DNA of 63,980 nucleotides, the filler included, from Porpidia crustulata (lineage: Eukaryota), in assembly GCA_964255105.1 (NCBI GenBank). It is 3 parts of 3 records of this genome, joined end to end, with 100 filler letters (N's around TTAATTAATTAA, not from the genome) between each part and the next. Parts side by side here need not be neighbours in the genome. Positions count along the whole stretch, not along the records: positions 44,145 to 63,980 come from CAXUWE010000131.1; 2 more parts are not named here. One strand, written 5' to 3'. The notes below the pieces were generated by a model that saw only the letters and a list, made by a program, of their open reading frames with translations, did not search any database and was not told the origin of the DNA. Positions 61,501 to 63,980 of the stretch are shown one piece after another (positions within the stretch are counted from its first letter, which is position 1; each line of letters opens with the position of its first letter). Position numbers and translations under genes: made by a program.

Positions 61501-63980
61501 GAGGAGGCTGGTTTCGAGTGGGTGCAGATGCTGGGCTTGATACCTGTGCCACCAAAGATTTCGAGATCTCAAAGCTTTCTTAGCCGGCACAGGAAGAGCA
61601 AGTCGACGTCTGACAGAGAGTCGTCGACCCTTGCGACCCCTATTACTCCAACAACGCCTGCAAAAAGCAGAACACCAAGTCCTCGAGAGGTTGAGATTCC
61701 AATCGGAGAATTATCACATCGCGATCCCACGGCCTGGACCGAAATGTCCTGTTCGGATGAGCCGTATTCATCACCTCTGGTTACGCAGCTGAGAGATAGG
61801 GCTCGATTACAGAAGAAGCAGCAATTACCTTTGCCAAGTACACCTCCTAAGTCATCGCCGAATTATGTCGATAATGTCAGCGATCTCCGTTCGCTTCCAA
61901 GTCAAACCTCGAGCAAGCCATTAGGACCCTCAGAAGTGATACAGAGACCACGAAGTTTCAAGGAAGCTCTTGGTTTATCTGGGACAAGCTCAGTGACTAT
62001 CGGACTACAACGGGCAAAGGCTGCAAAACGACGGTCAAAACACGGGGATCAGTCACCACTGAGTGCGAAGTCTCCGAGGACTAAGTATCTTGATGATGGA
62101 GTGACGACAACTGATCCTGATAGAGTCAGTGATTCGGCAAAGGAAACGCTTCCTAGTCTCAGTGATCAGCGATCGTTATCCCCAGAGCCTATCTTTAGTT
62201 CTAGCCCAAGTACTCCGGAGAAGGAGCCTCTAACAAAGAAAGGAGACGCCCGACCAACTCATCGCAGATCACATTCGTCTGTTCCGTCATTGGAGCTTCC
62301 TTATATTCCAAAAGCGCGGAAGAATAGCCCTCCTACTACGCCTACCTATGAGCCTACCGAGGAGCCGGAATGGGGCCAAATAGCGGAACCAGAACAACCA
62401 CGCTCAAGTTCAAAGCTCACCAAGAAACGACCTGGGTCTCGCAATTCCGAGACAAAAGATTCTACGCCTCCATCTACCCCATCTCATCAAACGTCAAGTC
62501 CTATACAGCTGAAAGGAACGAAAACGCCCGTGCTCGGAACCGGTAAAAGCGGTACACCAAGAAGATCCTCATCGCCGTTGAAGCATGAGTATGAGCCTTC
62601 TACTGCGTCCGATATCTCTTCGGATTCCGAGGCATCTACCATTGAACACAATGAGGTCAACTCAATAACGGACTCTTCAGAGGATGAAGAACTTGAGGAT
62701 GGAGATGCGCCAACGCTATTATTACCCTTGGGTGCGATTCCAGCTTTCAAGAAAGTTACTCCACCGGGTTCATTGTACTCAATACCAAATGGCACACTCG
62801 CACCCTCTCAGTCAGCCTCTCAAGCTCCTTACAAAACAGTCCCTCCTCAGCCGACAAAAGCTGCCAAGACCATAGCCTCGATTTTCTCCTGGTCCGACAG
62901 AGGCTCCTGGGATGTTTTACATCCAGATGAGTGCAGTATAGTGATTACACCAGGACTAATTGAAGCGTATCAAATGTCTGCCGCTCATTCAAAGGACAAG
63001 CCCCTTAGCACGTCCACCCCAGTAATCGACTCGGACGCATTCTCAGAATTAGCATCTAATGTAGCGCCAGAAGAGGACCATCAATACGAAGGTCCTCTTG
63101 TCGCTCTTGAGCTGACGCCCCTTGTTCCGCTACGCCGCGGCACAGCCATTGACATATCCATCCGCTCTCCTCCAACGGCAAATTCTCAAATCACATCTGG
63201 TAACAACATCATGTTTCGTTCCCGCAACCCTGAAGAGTGCGAGGCTCTATACGCCTTGATCAACCACTCCCGCATCAACAACCCTACGTACGTCGCCCTT
63301 CAGAACGCACGTACATCCGGTAGCTTCTTCCCATCAATGGACCGCCGGTCCAGCAGCCGTCCCGCGTCGCGCGGCAGCGGGTTACCCAGCCTCGGCCGCT
63401 CATCCAGCTACCGCGCCAGCAGCGCCCCAACCCCAAGTATCGCGCCCAGTGAAAGCAGTATCGGCAGCATGTCCAGCGCCTTTTCCGCCCTCCGACGCTT
63501 CGGCCTCGGCGCCGGCGGCGGCATGTTCAATATCGGCCGCAGTACCATCAGCAGCCGCGACGGCAGCGGTGCCAACAGCATCTACACCTCCTCCGAGAAT
63601 TCCAGCGGCAGCGGCGCCAGCTCCCCATTACCCCCCGGCAGTGTCGTCGACACCGCCACCGGCAAGGCCGCGCCCATGGGCATCAACAACGCCAAGATCC
63701 GACTGTACGTGCGCGAAATGGCGTCCCGGTGGCGGGACATGGGGTCCGCGCGGCTGACGATTATGCCGCCTGCGCCGCCGTTGGGGACCGTCGAAGGCTT
63801 GCAGGTGCCGCGGTCGCCGGGCAAGAGCGGGGAAAAGCGGATTTTGGTACATGGGAAGACAAAGGGTGAGGTGCTGCTGGATGCGACACTGGGGGAAACG
63901 TGCTTTGAGCGGGTGGCGCGCACGGGGATCGCGATTAGCGTGTGGGAGGACGTCAAGGGGCCTAATGGGGAGGTCGGGGT
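58600..63980 (+). CDS. Large protein with disordered N-terminus, DH-like domain and probable PH-like domains; 3'-truncated
   Basis: Frame 1 reads as open from ATG 58600 to the window end (absent from the ORF track because there is no stop). ELATDEAKYMRELRTLVDGVIPVLL and VDVAFLLKRPLVRLKYL resemble DH conserved regions; beta-rich segments follow. Confidence 0.8.
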   Translation, partial: MPSPSTPTCTPKRLDDRITPSKSKTLVVGEPLGVYDTNSVRDRVRHWQAQGGGVITESDVCAPDNNDEPAACAKTTPVKETAKKTPKSKDIAQEKRGTETSGKRDGRRNTKIEEEVPSHRSISTPAKRVISDGHWRRDRTPRKSTTSSRPAKDDAPKTPTSKSNNGGIRVKVTPQSKSGTRSKKDSDARVPDKEKIGGDDGIRVFSTPPGSRQPSSHGSKPQNLDSGNGHDRNNDLEAASLKSESHLSDSAPRRKRPTPEKSSGVKLSAAGDEPRRKKSHHEKERLPSNSPPSAQGEFSEGRGSTKSHKGNILSHVFGFGKTQPAPIITPRVPSIEAWLNETPDPFVDADEPPLEVIAPLRPLRKVKEAVPEEVHAVQDPNKIWEALEPKPSPRSGVHGSRRRQRIPSSTIYEDNPFPSNFDSGPALGGSPSGVASASKLVDIVKDAPELSPSISPSSLRRGGAKRSPTSPTRERRKSRSTKRPPDEDEMASVVPTIDTASSVETPDPTTPLRPPGLNLRRPFPSTGKRLSTIASVETFSTKIGAAPPSISEMSEATMQPETIPEDDGIEARDHFDPNSLQRNRSRLAKHADLMSVLSLPKAGNKSIVSARSIRTNRSRLATATIGDLMNELATDEAKYMRELRTLVDGVIPVLLTCVLSKSDSSIAAGLFNPSATIDHDPNFTKPIVDMGIALERLKTLHKRVPLQDASALLTWAQGAQRVYAEYLKAWRMGFKDVVVNLAPAAEGTKESNSQSGKIESLDQGLPRNEDGDVVNGDGERVDVAFLLKRPLVRLKYLAKTLKGINFITPSVEAESLSTKYQSLVVEARNRSNEEQARLEDEAASNIDPIRVRDIRTLAPLTGVSIDRTRRVRARDHFNLALQHSSGQRIDCRVELLLRDEVSKTEGGGDLLICEVDGTGRWLLLPPVQCSRVSARNGDSKGEIVLMIRGFATNGLEWRELLSLRSEDEEAGFEWVQMLGLIPVPPKISRSQSFLSRHRKSKSTSDRESSTLATPITPTTPAKSRTPSPREVEIPIGELSHRDPTAWTEMSCSDEPYSSPLVTQLRDRARLQKKQQLPLPSTPPKSSPNYVDNVSDLRSLPSQTSSKPLGPSEVIQRPRSFKEALGLSGTSSVTIGLQRAKAAKRRSKHGDQSPLSAKSPRTKYLDDGVTTTDPDRVSDSAKETLPSLSDQRSLSPEPIFSSSPSTPEKEPLTKKGDARPTHRRSHSSVPSLELPYIPKARKNSPPTTPTYEPTEEPEWGQIAEPEQPRSSSKLTKKRPGSRNSETKDSTPPSTPSHQTSSPIQLKGTKTPVLGTGKSGTPRRSSSPLKHEYEPSTASDISSDSEASTIEHNEVNSITDSSEDEELEDGDAPTLLLPLGAIPAFKKVTPPGSLYSIPNGTLAPSQSASQAPYKTVPPQPTKAAKTIASIFSWSDRGSWDVLHPDECSIVITPGLIEAYQMSAAHSKDKPLSTSTPVIDSDAFSELASNVAPEEDHQYEGPLVALELTPLVPLRRGTAIDISIRSPPTANSQITSGNNIMFRSRNPEECEALYALINHSRINNPTYVALQNARTSGSFFPSMDRRSSSRPASRGSGLPSLGRSSSYRASSAPTPSIAPSESSIGSMSSAFSALRRFGLGAGGGMFNIGRSTISSRDGSGANSIYTSSENSSGSGASSPLPPGSVVDTATGKAAPMGINNAKIRLYVREMASRWRDMGSARLTIMPPAPPLGTVEGLQVPRSPGKSGEKRILVHGKTKGEVLLDATLGETCFERVARTGIAISVWEDVKGPNGEVG

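Noticed and set aside
58701..63956. Many minus-strand and off-frame ORFs
   Set aside because: Shadows of the long plus-strand reading frame.

Overview
Eukaryotic, intron-containing DNA from a filamentous ascomycete (Pezizomycotina; a lichen-forming lineage is only a tentative guess). The window is three contigs (1-22000, 22101-44044, 44145-63980) joined by artificial N44-TTAATTAATTAA-N44 linkers, so adjacency across the linkers carries no meaning. Contig 1: partial nitrilase/omega-amidase, NUP2 (with a first exon the ORF track misses), peroxisomal SCP2, a conserved hypothetical gene, a small Cys-rich orphan ORF, a decayed island of three pseudogenes (two protein kinases flanking an unknown gene) and an SLN1-type hybrid histidine kinase. 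Contig 2: a GT-like membrane protein, a fused hydantoinase/oxoprolinase A+B, HAS1, a large disordered protein and an FLC/TRP-like channel. Contig 3: a secreted carboxylesterase, a DPR-motif dehydrin-like protein, a decayed orphan ORF beside a 1.2-kb inverted 12-bp minisatellite, glutamate decarboxylase (with a GC-AG intron), an EBP sterol isomerase and a large truncated DH/PH-like gene. The most unexplained signals are a duplicated, hairpin-embedded 36-nt element downstream of NUP2, recurrent C-rich-to-G-rich skew switches, the fold-back minisatellite and the kinase pseudogene island. No complete new system can be proven from the sequence alone.
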